Below are positions 1 to 19,520 of a stretch of DNA of 64,000 nt, piece by piece. The translations under genes and the position numbers were made by a program. Origin of the DNA: the human T2T-CHM13v2.0 reference genome, Homo sapiens. The stretch lies in assembly GCF_009914755.1 (NCBI RefSeq), contig NC_060938.1; one strand, 5' to 3'. The notes beneath the pieces are model-generated. The model was not told the DNA's origin, did no database searches, and saw only the letters and a list, made by a program, of their open reading frames with translations. Position 1 is the first letter of the stretch; each line of letters opens with the position of its first letter.

Positions 1-603
1 GATATGAATAAAAATTCTAATATTATCTTCCTGCCCCTGGAGTGCACAGGCCCCCAATTACAGACTATTTCTTTGTCCTTCTCATGTTTATTAGCATAAT
101 TTCTATGGGTTTCAGGGGTTGTTACATGTGATTCAAACATTTTCACACAGGTTAAACCCTTGGGTAACCAAACATTTTTAAATATCCACAGAAAATTATT
201 TGATTAAATAAATACATGCTCAGGAACACAAACAATTCTCAGAAGCACTTTTATGTGCGGTGTTAAGTTCCAAACAAGTGATCCATGTTTAGCATTACAC
301 ATGGTACAAATTCTAAGCTTGATTTTAACAGATTGAATAAACAAATGCTCCAAAGGGCTTAATGATTCCTTCAAGCAATTCCCACTTCCCTGTGGCTTGG
401 TGGATCATTTACAAGGTAACAGGCCTGGGTCTTAGGTGAGCTTGGATGCTCGAGTGATCATCCGCTGGAGCAATCATGTGATTAGTGGGACCAGCTGGAC
501 TTGTATCTCCCAAATAAGCATTTTAAGCAGAGAGATTTAATAGGGGAAGTGCCGAGTCTCAGAGAGACTAAAGCCCATACTGATAGTTAATGGTGGATTA
601 ACT

Positions 604-4108
<3,505 letters not shown>

Positions 4109-4399
4109 TAGGCGAGCACATTTTAAGCCTCTGCTCACTTCCTGGCCACTAATATGCCAATGTTACTTGGGCAAGCCCAAAGTCAATGAGTGGGAAGGTT
4201 TCTCCCTCCCACCATGAGGCTATAGCAAAAGTGGGAACAAGTCCCTTTTTCATTCATCATAAGCAGTGGTTTGAGTCCACAGGGACCAAATCCCCAGCTA
4301 CCTGAATGGACCTGAACTTGTGGCTGCTCTCTGCCCAAAGGAGGGGGCTGGTCTCTGAAGAATTGCAGTTCTGCCTCTAACAAGGCCTTTTTTTAAAAA

Positions 4400-5126
4400 A
4401 TATATTTTTGTTATGAAAATGTCCAAGCACACATTAGAGAGAGAGTAGTCTAAAGAACTCCCACACACTCATTACTTAGTTTTAACATTCTGTCATATTG
4501 CTTCATCTGTTAGTAATTAATATAATCATAACACTATCATTACCACTGATATTGACATTTAATCACTTGATACCATCTAATATGTTCAGTTTCCCCCAAT
4601 TGTCTCAAGCCTTTTTACAGTTGTTTGTTTGAATTAGAATTCAAACAAGGTCTACACACTGCTTTTGGTTGACATGTCCCTTAAGACTCTTTCAATTTGT
4701 ATCACTTGCCCCTCCTTCTGAAAATGCCATTTATTTGTTAAAGAAACTTGGTCATTCACACTGTGCAAGTTCCCACAGTCTGGATTTGGTGTTCAGCATG
4801 TTTCTCTCTCCTCCATTTTCCTGTAAACTGGAGGTTGATCTAACGACTTAAGTAGATTCTGGTGTAGTATTCCGGGGAATAATGGAGCCACAGGTGGTGC
4901 TGTGTACCTGAAGGCACCATATCAAAAGGTGCTCCAGCCCTAGAATCAGCCACTTCTCAAGGAACTCTGGATTCTTCTAGTGGGAAATGCTACTTAAAAA
5001 TCACAATCAAGATGCTAAATATGTTTATTGCTACTGGGGTATTATCACTTCTAAGGCTATTCAGTATACAATGCAGTATATATATATATACACAATGCAG
5101 TATATATATGTATACACACAATGCAG

Positions 5127-5195
<69 letters not shown>

Positions 5196-5270
5196 TTTAG
5201 AAAGAGGAAAATAAATCCTGAGTTATACTGATGAAATAAATCCTGAGTTATACTGACATTTCAAATTCAA
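4400..5270. mobile_element. Old L1M-type 3' fragments
   Basis: AT-rich sequence resembling L1MC/L1ME 3' ends, from recall only. Confidence 0.45.
5078..5192. repeat. (TA)n microsatellite with repeated acaatgcagt spacers
   Basis: Directly visible TA runs. Confidence 0.95.
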
Positions 5271-5289
5271 AGTTCCTCTTGCCTAAAAA

Positions 5290-8200
5290 TGGATCTAGCA
5301 CTATGGGATGTTAACCGCTATTCTCTTTGGATTAATCTGCCTTGCACTCTTTGCTGACAGCTATGGGTGACAGGATTAGGCACGTACAGGATCATGGGAT
5401 ATGGGGAGCTTTTTCTCCCCAAAAGAGGGAAAATTGAGAGCTGATGAGACTGCTGGAAAAGATCCTTTTGCAACTGACAAACAGCTGCCTGAACTTTTCA
5501 GTGTCACTGCAATGGGTGGGTCTTTATCTGGCCTTCCTGAGCTCTTGGCCTTCCCCATCCTGCCGCAGACAATGCTTTTTTCTCTCTCATTTCCCTTTCC
5601 TATCTTTTCTGTTTCTCAGGGCAACCATCCTGCCAGAGACCACATATGGAAAAATGTCCTTGGGAGCTTGACCTTGTAAACATGTGGTGGTACTTCCTCC
5701 TGGTCTCTGCTATCCAGGGACAGGAATTTTGGGGTTCATAGCTCCAAAAATTATCTTGAGTAGTTAAAAGTCTTCGAAAGCTCAATATTGGCTGTTCTAG
5801 ACTCCTTCTGGGGAGAGCAATGGAAACTGCCCCAATGTCGTAACTCAGGAGTTAAGGCTTTGCCATTTTACAATGGTGGCTCATGTTCAATCCTGGCTTA
5901 GAGAGTGAGTCCTTTCTGGTTTGATATCTGTGTAACCTTGATCATTTGGTTATTCTCTTCCCCTCCACAAACCATTTTGAATTTTTCTTTCTCTGAGCAC
6001 AGAAATATTGGCTTTTTGGCCTGGCTAATGCTGGGCAATAAGAAATTTAAAAGGACTTTTTAAAAAGAACACTATGCACTATGGTGAAAAGTCAGCTTAA
6101 TGAAAAGTGGATATTCACACTCTGACAGTCTGGGACTCCTTGGCAAAAACAGGAGACATCACAGACCCCGTTTTAGGAAAAAACTCAGTTTTCCTCATGA
6201 AACCCCAGGATTGAAAGCAGATAAATCCCTCTCAAAATCTAAGGCTCTGTTCTGTTTTGCATTGCATTATCTGATGGTTTTAACTTTTTGGAGTATCAGA
6301 AATTACTTTGTCTTATAAGAGAGATTTGATGTGTAATAATTAGGTAGGAAATATACTTTTGGGGCTAGCTAATGGCAGTTATGGGGGAATACTCAGCTCT
6401 GCACATTTGGATCAGAGAAGCATGCTCTTGGCCACCTAGCAAGTATGGAGACGTCCCTACCCCCCACTGAGAAATAAGACTCCCATGGGGATGGGCTGAT
6501 TCCTCTTTTTGGAATTCAGGATCTGGTATAAAAATGGGACCCTTAATTTTGGGCGATCTGTTTTGCCTTCTAGCTGTGCCTGCTTATTAGGCCATAGAAA
6601 CGATATGCTTTCCTGGCCCTGTTCCTCCAAGGGCTCCATTCTGAAGCCAGTAATCCAATTTAAAAAGTGACAGATGAAAAATCTTACAAGTACTAAATCT
6701 TCTTCTGTCTGTGTATTTATATGTGTTGTGTGTGTGATATGAAAGAGCTTTAATTAATTGGCTTAAAAAATAAGGGCTTAAATAAAATATTTTATCAGAG
6801 AAGTAAAAAGTGTAATGCCTTTTAGTTCATGTAACTTAAATAAGCTTTGGCAAATAAAGGCAGTTTTAAAGATTATTGGTAAAATAAAAATATCTTCAAA
6901 ATTTAGACATTTCATTTAAATCAGGCAGGTCAGATACTAAGTTTTTCAAATGCTTTAAGGTCATAAAATGCTTCTTTGGCTTTTGAAAATTGTTCAATTT
7001 ACCTAATTTGGGGCATTGGATTCTAGATAAGGCCTGGGAACATGTGGAGAGCCATGCCCCCTAGCTATGCTGAAAAGAGTCAGCCCTTATCTGCACTTCT
7101 GTCTGGTTCCTAGGTTCCACATCTAGTACATAATTAAAATCCCTTACTTACCAAGGTTTTTCAAAAATAAAAGTCGCTAAGAGTTAACATTGTAATATGT
7201 AATTGAGACACTGGAGAAACAGTTTTACAAGCAAGGTGTGTAAGAAAAGTGAAATGTGTTTTGGTAAAAGATTATAAGAAGGCATGGAAATGTAGATTTT
7301 TCTGCCTAGATTAAAGGGTTAAAGGGTTGTGTCAAGTTAGATAGGGTAAAGCTGAAGGTTTAAGCCAGTTTTGGAAGGCTTGTGAAAAACTAATGTTGTA
7401 AAAGAAATTCTGTGTGTGAACATATTGGCTAAAGTTAAAGGGGTATTATTCAGTTTTTTCATAAAGTGAGCATTGAAATAAAAGCACAGCAGGTTTTCTT
7501 TAGAGCACTGATCTGCTCTTCAACAAAAATTTGTAAAGGGTTATAAAAGATTTATGAGAATCTTACCTTATGGTCAAACTGATTAAACTGGATAGATTTG
7601 TCTATAAGGTTTTATTAAGAATTGGGTTAGCATCAATAATGCACTAATGCAAAGGTGAAATTGGGCTCATTTAGTATAAAAATCATACAGGAAGCATTGT
7701 CAAATATGAAATGATGTTTTGCTTTCTTCGGGCTGTATTCGTATAAATATGGTATTGGGATGTCTTCCAAAATTATGGAAAACTCCTATAATTTTAATAT
7801 GACTTGGTGTATGATATCAATAACTATACTTATTATGTAAAATTGTTGTATGCCACAGAAGTAACAAAAATTTCTTTGTTAATTGTGGCTTTAATAGTGG
7901 CTGTCCTAAAACTTTTTGTCATCTGCTGACAATTGTCTTGTTTTTGTCCTCTTCAAAAGGTGGTTTTATAATCAGCTATAGGAATTTTACAGGTGCTCTT
8001 TAATGCATGTTTCTGATAACTTTGGAGATTGTGACACTAGAGTAAAGGAAAAAACTTTCAGGATTCCTGGAAAGCTAAAATGTTCATGAATATCAAGCAG
8101 AACGGAGTTAACTGCATGAACTGCATTAATAGAAGACTGAAGTAATCTTTTTGACTTTTTGCTTAAAATGTTCCTGATGCTTTGTTTTCTTTTTGAGTCA

Positions 8201-9473
8201 AGGAAACTTTTCTTTTGAGCCATTAACAGCTTTTAACAATTGAGAAAAGTATACTTCTGTGAACAAAATTTGGAGCATATTTGTTTCTCTCTACCTGATT
8301 TCTCAAAAATTTGGAAACTACTCGTTAGTATTCTTAATTTATGGCAGTATAGTTATTTGCATAAGTGCAATAAGAATCTGTTTTCTTTTGTAACAGTACA
8401 CAGTTGGAGAAACTGGTTATTTTACCAAGGCTTTGACTGGAATGGCATGCTTTCCTTTAGGGAATCAAAGTTGACTTGCAGAGCCAATAGAAGCCCTTTG
8501 GGAAAACTGGCCTCATATCTTGTCTCCACAGTCCCTGTACAGGGTTCCTGACCTGTGGTAAGTAAAAAATGTTAATTTCTGACAGGCCCAGAAGCCCCAA
8601 GTTATCTTGGGACTTCAAGACGAGAGGAATTTACCCAACTCATAGGTATTTGATGGTACAAATCCATGGCTGGGCTCAGCTTTAAAAAAAAAAAATAAGT
8701 CTTATCTGAGATTCCTTCCATGGAAGAAGATTCCATCAAAGCCAATTTTAAAAGCTTATGTAAAAAATTATTCTTGTTGCACTTTATACAAACAATCAGG
8801 CCAAGTATAATAAAGGAAATTGGTCTTACCATGATTTGTCTTTAGTAAAAATGGGAGACTGAAGAGAGAAAAAATTGTATTTCAAGAACTATGGTACACC
8901 TGTTAGATTCTAGTCTCATCAGTTGTTTTTGGGTTTTTTTTCCTGCAATTTAGACTGACCCTGCTTATTTCTGTGAACCAACCAGTGATCTCTGGCTACT
9001 GCTCAGAAGAAACAGAGGGGTGAGTAACATAAGAATCTGGAGCAATATTTTATTTCTGGGCACATTGGAATCAGCCTGTGACCCCATATCAGCTTGGTTC
9101 CAACAGCTGTCCAGTTCATAGAAAGCCTTCTAATTTAGTTTACTTGGAATAATTTTGCTTATTTTGCTTTACTGTTGTGAAATATGTTGCTGTTGTGCTC
9201 TTTGTGTAAGAATGCAGGATAAGCTTAATGAATGTTTTCTTAAATTGTACATTTATTAATCCAGATATCACCTTTCATTGGAGTTATGAATAGCCCTCAT
9301 CATACTGATGATTTCTGACTGAGCTCGTCTCTACCTTGAATACAAGCGACCCTAATAGTTAGGCAGGAATATCATTGCCCCTATTCAGCCTAAAGAAGTT
9401 ACAGAAGATGGATCTTTGTCTCTCTACAACCATTAGGATTAAGAGTTTTCTTATAAAAGGGAGGGAGGAAATA
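5290..9473 (+). mobile_element. MER41-type (MER4-group ERV1) non-autonomous internal region; no 5' LTR seen
   Basis: MER4-group internal sequence ending in a polypurine tract (aaaagggagggaggaa, ~9455-9470) just before an LTR starting TGTCAGA. No intact gag/pol/env. Confidence 0.75.
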
Positions 9474-9902
9474 TGTCAGAGTTGTTTGAACCAGAGTGAC
9501 TCTATCTTGAATAGGGCTGGGTAAAATAAGGCTGAGACCTGCTGGGCTGCATTCCCAGTAAGTTAAGGCATTTTTAGTCACAGGATGAGATAGGAGGTCG
9601 GCACAAGATACAGGTAATCAAGACCTTGCTGATAAAACAGTTTACAGTAAAGAAGCCAGCTAAAACCCACCAAAACCAAGATGGCAACAGGTGGTTGTCC
9701 TCAATACCACACTCTCACCAGCACCATGACAGTTTACAAATACCATGGCAACATCAAGAATTTATCCTACATGGTTTAAAAAAGAGAGGAACCCTCAGTT
9801 CTGGGAATTCCCCATCCCTTTTCTGGAAAACTCATGAATAACCCACCCCTTGTTTAGTATATAATCAAGACATAACCATAAAAATGGGCTACTAGCAGCT
9901 CT
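9474..9902 (+). mobile_element. MER41B-like 3' LTR, 3'-truncated
   Basis: tgtcagagttgtttgaaccagag...aaggctgagacct...ggtcggcacaagatacagg matches the MER41 consensus and includes the GAS-bearing segment typical of MER41B. Confidence 0.85.
9799..9807 (+). promoter_or_regulatory. STAT1 GAS motif (TTCTGGGAA) in MER41B-like LTR
   Basis: Perfect TTCNNNGAA. The second tandem site is degenerate (TTTCTGGAA, 9820-9828). Confidence 0.6.
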
Positions 9903-9969
9903 AAGTGATCTGTCCACCTTGGCCTCCCAAAGTGCTGGGATTACAGGCGTGAGTCACCACGCTTTGCCT
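9903..9969 (-). mobile_element. Alu left-arm fragment fused to truncated LTR
   Basis: aagtgatctgtccaccttggcctcccaaagtgctgggattacaggcgtgag. Confidence 0.85.
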
Positions 9970-10821
9970 AGACACTGTTAAAATTGCATTTGAACTTCAA
10001 ACAATGTGGGGACTAGGGATGCTGACCTCTGTAGAGTTGAAAATCCGAGTATAACTTTTGACTGCCCAAAAACCTAATCACTAATAGCCTACTGTTGATC
10101 AGAAGCCTTACTGATAACATAGTCAATTAATACATATTGTGGGTTTTATATGTGTTATATACTGTATTCTTACAATAAAGTAAGCTAGAGAAAAGAAATG
10201 TTACTAAGTAAATCATAAGGAAGAAAAATATATATTCAAGATTCATTAAGTGGAAGTGAATCACCATAAAGGTCTTCATCCTCATGTTGAGGATGCTTCT
10301 TCATGTTGAGTAGGCTGACAGGGAGGAGGAAGACAAGGGGTTCATCTTGTTGTTTCAAGAGTGTCAGAGGTAGAAGAGGTAGAGGAGGAGGAGGAAGAAG
10401 GGGCAGGAGAAGCGGGGACACTTGGTGTAACTTTATGTAAATATAATGTAATTTTTGTCTGAAATTTTTGCTTTTATATTTCTCTAAAAATGTCTCTATT
10501 TGGTACCAAGTCTTCTTCCACTGTTTGCTTTAGTCTCAGGGCTTCATATCATAGACAGGTCCATGTTGTAAAAGAAGTAAAAAACAGTGTTGAATAATCA
10601 GAACCCTTCGGTCAGATTGCCTAATGTCCATTGTTTTGTGGCACTGGCTCTTCTATGTCTTTTTCCTCATTGTCTGGCACTGGTTCAGAAGCACTCCTCT
10701 CCATCAAATCGTCTTCTGTTCATTCCTCTGTCTGTTAGCTTCTTTTTGTTGTTGTTTTCAGGTTTTTGGGAAAGATCTGATTTTAGTTGAAAAAGCAGAG
10801 GAAACCCCATACAGTGCCCTG

Positions 10822-11746
<925 letters not shown>

Positions 11747-11915
11747 CATTCATGATTTTCTTGATTGGACCTGTTATAAATTCTATGAAGTCATGAAGTC
11801 ATGCACAACATCTGAACACAGTTTTCTCCAGCAGGAATTTATTGTTTTAAGCACCGTGGCTTTCACAGCTTTTTCTATAATAACAATGGCATCTTCAATG
11901 GTGTAATCTTTCTAG

Positions 11916-12222
<307 letters not shown>

Positions 12223-13159
12223 TCTTTCTAGACTTTCATAATGTTCTACCAGCTTTTTTTTCGGCATTGTTGGCAATCATTTCCATAGAGCACTGCATGT
12301 GATGAACCTTGAAGGTCCTTATGACTGCCTGATTTAGAGTCTGAACTAGAGATGTTGTGCTTGGGGGCAAGTAGAACACTTTGACTTCAGTATTGAACTG
12401 ATGGGGTTCTGCATGGCCGGGGCATTGTCCAATATCAAATGTATGTTAAAAGGCAGTCTCTTACTGGCAAGGTACTTCCTAACTTCAGGGACAAAGCATC
12501 AATGGAACTAGTCCAGAAAAAGGGTTCTTGTTGTCCAGGCCTTCTTGTTCTACAACCAAGAGACTCGTAGCTGGTGTTTATCCTTTTCCTTCAAGGCCCA
12601 GGGGCTAGCAGCTTTATAGATAAGGGCAGTCCTGATCAGAAACCCAACTTATTTGCACAAACAGTAGACTTAACTTATCCCTTCCTGCCTTAAATCCCAG
12701 TGCTTGCTTCTTTTCCTTACCAATGTCCTTTCTGACTCCCCCCTCCCCCAGAATAGGGCACTTTTGTCTACATTTAAAACCTGTTCAGGCAGTTATCCTT
12801 TCTCCTCAATGATTTTCTTAATGGCACCTGGGAACTCTTCTGCTGCCTCTTGATCAGCAGAGGTTGCTTCTGTTATGCCGACATTTTTAAAGCCAAATAT
12901 CTTTCTAAAATTATCAAACCATACTTTGCTGGGATTGTATTCTTCAGCTTTAGATCCTTTGCTTTCCTTTTTCTTTAAGTTGTCATATAACGACTTCACT
13001 TCTTCTCAAACTGTATTAGAGTTGACAGGTATACCTTTCTTCCAGCAATCCACACCTATATAAAAGCTGCATTTTCAACATGAGATAAAAAGTTATTTCA
13101 CAAAAAATGCAGTTTTTATGCCTGCTGGTGTAGCTGCAGTGAAGCTTCACAATTTTCTC

Positions 13160-13468
13160 TTTATTTTTAATATTATTTAACTTTTGAGATGGGGTCTCAC
13201 TCTGTCTCCCTTGCTGGAGTGCAGTGGCACGACATGGTTCACTGCGGTCTCCACCTACCAGGCTCAAGTGATCCTCCTGCCTCAGCCTCCCAAGTAGCTG
13301 GGACTGTAGGTGTGCACCACCACACTTGGCTAATTTTTAAAATTTTTTGTAGAGACAGGGTCCCCCTATGTTACCTGTGCTGGTCTTGAACTTCTGGGCT
13401 CAAGCCCTCTTCCCGCCTCAGCCTCCCAAAGTGCTGGGATTACAGGCATGACCCACTGTAAACTGGAC
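13160..13468 (-). mobile_element. AluJ-like in Tigger2
   Basis: Diverged dimeric Alu. Confidence 0.88.
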
Positions 13469-14559
13469 TCCTTTTCTTTTTCTTTTCTTTTCTTTTCTTT
13501 TTCAATGGTCCTTACACTGGATTAATTTATCTTGGAATGGTGGGTAACTGCAGCTACTTACCTCAATCTATGGTACATATCAAGCAACTCAACTTTTTCT
13601 TGTAATGTCATGACTTTTCTCGGCTTCTTCAAAGCACTTCCAGTATCACTAGTGGCACTTCATATGGAACCCATTGTGCTATTCAAGGTGTACAATATTG
13701 CACTAAACAATGAAAAAGATGCAAGAACTGAGAGATCACTTTGTACTGCAATATGCAATTTACTGGAGAGATGAACTGCTTGCAATATTTGAGCTCATTG
13801 CAATAGCAACAGGAGGTGGTGGCTATAAAATTATTACAGTAGTGCAGTGTGTACTATAGTTAATTTTATGCAGTTGTGATTTAATACTGCATCTTTACAT
13901 TGTTTACATTTCTCTCAACTGCAAATGGCATCATATATGATCTGTTTTTGTGTACGTTTTGATAAATTTTAACTTTTTGTAATAGATTTGTATATCTTTT
14001 TGGGTAGTAAATGATAAAAAGATCTATCTACATATATTTTATGCATTCATGACAAACTTAATTTTTCTGCAAATAGAGAACATAGAGATTGGTGTTACCT
14101 CTTCCTCTCCAATTCTTCTGCCTCTTCTTGCTTTCTCTTGTCTAATTGCTTTGGCTAATATCTCCAGCATCATGTTCAACAGTCATGATGTGTTATTTTT
14201 TAATGTGCAGTTGGTTTTTGTTTGCTAGTACTTTATTTAAGATTTTTCTATCTGGGTTTATTTAAGATCTATCTGTGATCAAGTGAGGTTAGTGGGGCCT
14301 GTTTTTAAACCCTTCTCTGGTACCCACAGCCTATGTGTGGGTGACAGCATGAACTGCAAAGATTCTCATGAAATTCACCTTGCATGTTCTTCCTTCCACA
14401 CTGGCCGCTGCCACCACCTTCAAAATCTACTCCTCTGTGCTTCCTTTTGCCTCACCCTCTGTTGGTCTTTCAGACTCCTACTTTCACCTTCATGTCTGCT
14501 TTCTGCTCTTTCCCCTTCCCGGGGAAGCTTATGATATCGGGAAAGTGAACAAGCCTTGG

Positions 14560-14720
14560 ACCCACACAGACCAACCTGGTATTGAATCACAGCTCAGCCA
14601 CTTGCCAGGTTTGAGGCTTTGGGCAGGTTGAAGAATCTTTTCAAGCCTCAGCTTTCTCATCTGTGAAATGGGAATGCTAACAATGCCTCACTTCACTGGG
14701 TTGCTGATAGGTGTAATATA
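14560..14720 (+). mobile_element. MIR
   Basis: Core gcctcagctttctcatctgtgaaatgggaat. Confidence 0.7.
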
Positions 14721-14759
14721 ATTTAAAAAGATAACACAGTGAACAGCTGTTTGTTAGAG

Positions 14760-15165
14760 CTGTTCACCAAGCTCAGTTCTTCTTCCTGGGCATAGGCTTA
14801 GATAACATTTCCCACCCTTCTTTGCAGATGGTGTGGGAGAAGCCTGCTGTGTGCTAGCCAGTGGAATGTGACCAGAATGATGTGTACCACTTTCTGGTAA
14901 GGCCTACAAAGAGCCTCTCTCATGAAATTTTCCACGTTCTTTTTCCTTTTGCTAGTTTGACACAGACAAGCAAGGTGAAGATGGTGGAGCCACAATGTGG
15001 AAGGAGGTTGGATCCCTGAATCACCACTGGGAAGAGAGTCACCTGCTAATCAAAAACATGGTTTTGGATTTTACCTGAAAACTTATAAACTTCTATCATA
15101 TTTGACCCATTGTCCATTTCAGGGTTTGTTTGTTGTAGCAACAAACATTATCCTAATTAATACTG
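14760..15165. mobile_element. MLT1 (MaLR) LTR
   Basis: gccagtggaatgtgaccagaatgatgtgtaccacttctgg ... ending ctaattaatac. Confidence 0.65.
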
Positions 15166-17118
15166 TGTTCAAGAAATGTGACTTCTTCCTCCCACTTTCC
15201 TCTTTCTCATCCCTCTTGACCCAGCTCAAAATGCCAGCTCCCTGGTAAGTCTTTCTCCCACCCCTTCAGGTAAAAGTCATCATGCAGTCTTTGGTGCTCT
15301 CAGAGCACTTAGTGCTAGCCCTTTCTCGATCACAAACTGGGTTGTGAATTCTTTGTTTACACATCTTTCTGGCCATCAGTGCAGTGAGGTGTCTGGTCCA
15401 GAGCCAGTTCTCAGAAGGGGTTAGTGGGCTGGATGAGGGATGAGTATGTCGTGTGCAGATGTATTAAGCACATGTTCTGCTTAAAAATTGATGTGTACAA
15501 AATCTCTGCAAAAGGGTGTAGCAGTAATACATTAACCATCTCTTCCAACCTTAAGTTCAAAGCGAACTCTCGACGTAGTTACAATGTTGGGTCACTGCCA
15601 GGGACAGCTCTTCGTAAAGGCTCCTGGAACAAATGACGTGGATTGTATTTCATGGGCCCTTTATTTCCTACCATGTTAGGTTCAAGTCTTGGCTCTGTCT
15701 GGAACTAGCTATGAGGCCTTTGGCGTGTTACCTCCCTGAGGGTTCATACAGTTGTGATCTGGTGGGGAGGGAGACCACTCCTTACCTCAGGTGGGCCTAG
15801 GGAGGCCAAGCTGCAGGGAGCTGAGGCTGGAGGAGGCAGCCCTGGAGAAGGGCTGGAGGAGGGCTTCTTTGAGGTTCCATGTGGCATTCATGTCCGCAGA
15901 CCTCTGAAATGCCAGATTGTGGGCCTAGGCTTCAGCTCTCCCTGCTCAAGAGCTTGGCCCCAGCTATCAAGCTGCTCCAAACTCCTGGAAGGCAGGGCCA
16001 CATCAAGACTTCCTAAGGCCCTGCATTCCAGAGAGATTCTGGTGCTCACCACCACCCCACAAGTCAGACAAAACTAAAACAATACTATAATGGAAATACC
16101 ATAGTGCAACCGAGTTCTGATTTTTTTCATGATTATTACTTTGATAGTGCTTTTGCAACATTACATATCACTATCTTTCTAAAATATTTTCTTTTTCCTC
16201 ATTTATTTTTTGGTGCCCCTGTTTGCTGTCATCTTCAGCACCTGCTGGGCCTCCTGTTGGAGAATCCAGGAGGCAAGTGATACCTGTCTTAAGGCACCTT
16301 GAAAATCTTGCATTCTTGGTATCCGTGGGAGCGGAGCCCAATTCCTGTCCGTGTGGGCAGGTGCTGATACCTCACTTGCACGTGGCTGGAAAGGAGCCAA
16401 GTCTCAGAGCTGCGGAGCCGCGGCACCTTTCCTGGGTTCCTGTGGTGCATGGAGGGGGCAGGAAGTCTTGCAAGCTGCTGTGTGTGTGGGGTGAGGGTGT
16501 GACAAAGGGCGCTGGGGATGGGGACAGGAGGGGAATGGAGAGGCTGAGCTGGGAGGAAAGCGAGCAGGGAGGGGCCTGTGGACAATGCCACTTGCGTCAT
16601 CCCTTGGGCTCTGGGAGAGGCAGCAAAATGTGGAACAAGCCCAGGTGCTTCCTGGTGTAGGGGTCTCAGAGGGGTTGGCTGAGGCGGTGGCTTGGTGGGC
16701 TGGGGAGGTGGGGCTTGGCACTGGAGACAAAGAGCCCCTGGCTGGCCTCGGAATCTTTCTTCTTATGTCCCTATAGTGGCAGGGAAGCAGCATAGTTAAA
16801 AAACATGCACTTTAGAGCCAGATTGTCCAGATCCACATCTGAGCTCTGTGGTCACCAGCTCCACCACCTTCAGAAAACCACTGAACATTTCTGAGACACG
16901 AGTTGTTTCAAACTAGAAGGGTCAAAAAGGCCCCTCAGCCCAGCAACCTCATTTCACAGAGAATGCTGCTGAGGCCCCACTGGGGAAGGAGCTCTCCAGA
17001 AGCTCCAGCTAGGAGGAGGCAGAGCTGGAGCCTGAACCTAGGACCTCTGACTCCCGTCTGAGTACTTCATTCAGTCCATCATTGTGAATATTGGGCATAA
17101 ACAATCTCCACCCACTGA

Positions 17119-17741
<623 letters not shown>

Positions 17742-17869
17742 TAAATCATTTTTTCTCGATTCAAATCAGTGTTTACTAATTTGCTATTAAGTTCATAGTG
17801 TTCTAAGCACTGCTGGGTAGGGGTCAGGATTCAGAAAGAAAACCCATTAAAACATAAAATATTGTTTTC

Positions 17870-18980
<1,111 letters not shown>

Positions 18981-19369
18981 TCAAGAATTCCACTGTTTTT
19001 CAAGAATCAGGAAAGGATTGAAATGTAATTTTAAGTTTCTTTTGGTTGCCAGACTATGAGTCTTTGAGTGCAAATTCATGCAAAGACTGGTCCATGTGGA
19101 GCCTTGCATTTTATTCAGGTTACAAATATATAGCTCTTCTCCATCAATTAGTACTATGACAAAGAGATCCTTGGGGAATGAGCTGGTCAGAGAAGCTCTG
19201 CCTCCAGCAGGAACTGGAAAACTATTGGAAGCAGAGATGTAAGTGACAGCTGGCTGGGCAGCGAGGAAGAGGAAGCCTTGTGAGTCCAGATGAGAAAGGG
19301 GAAAGGCATGGAGAAGATGAATATTTATGTGCACTGTCCTAGGCTCATATACATACCTTCGTGTCACTT

Positions 19370-19520
19370 AATCCACACAATATCCCTGCTAACTAATTAT
19401 TATGAGCTCCATTTTACAGATAAGAAGACTGAGTCACAGAGAGATCCCCCAAGGTCATAATGCTAGTAAATAGCAGAACCAGGAATTGCATGATGCCAAA
19501 GACCGCAGTGCTATCCTGAC
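19370..19520 (-). mobile_element. MIR
   Basis: ccattttacagataagaagactgagtcacagagag. Confidence 0.7.

Noticed and set aside
4987-5214. YI-repeat ORFs
   Set aside because: Translation of a (TA)n microsatellite.
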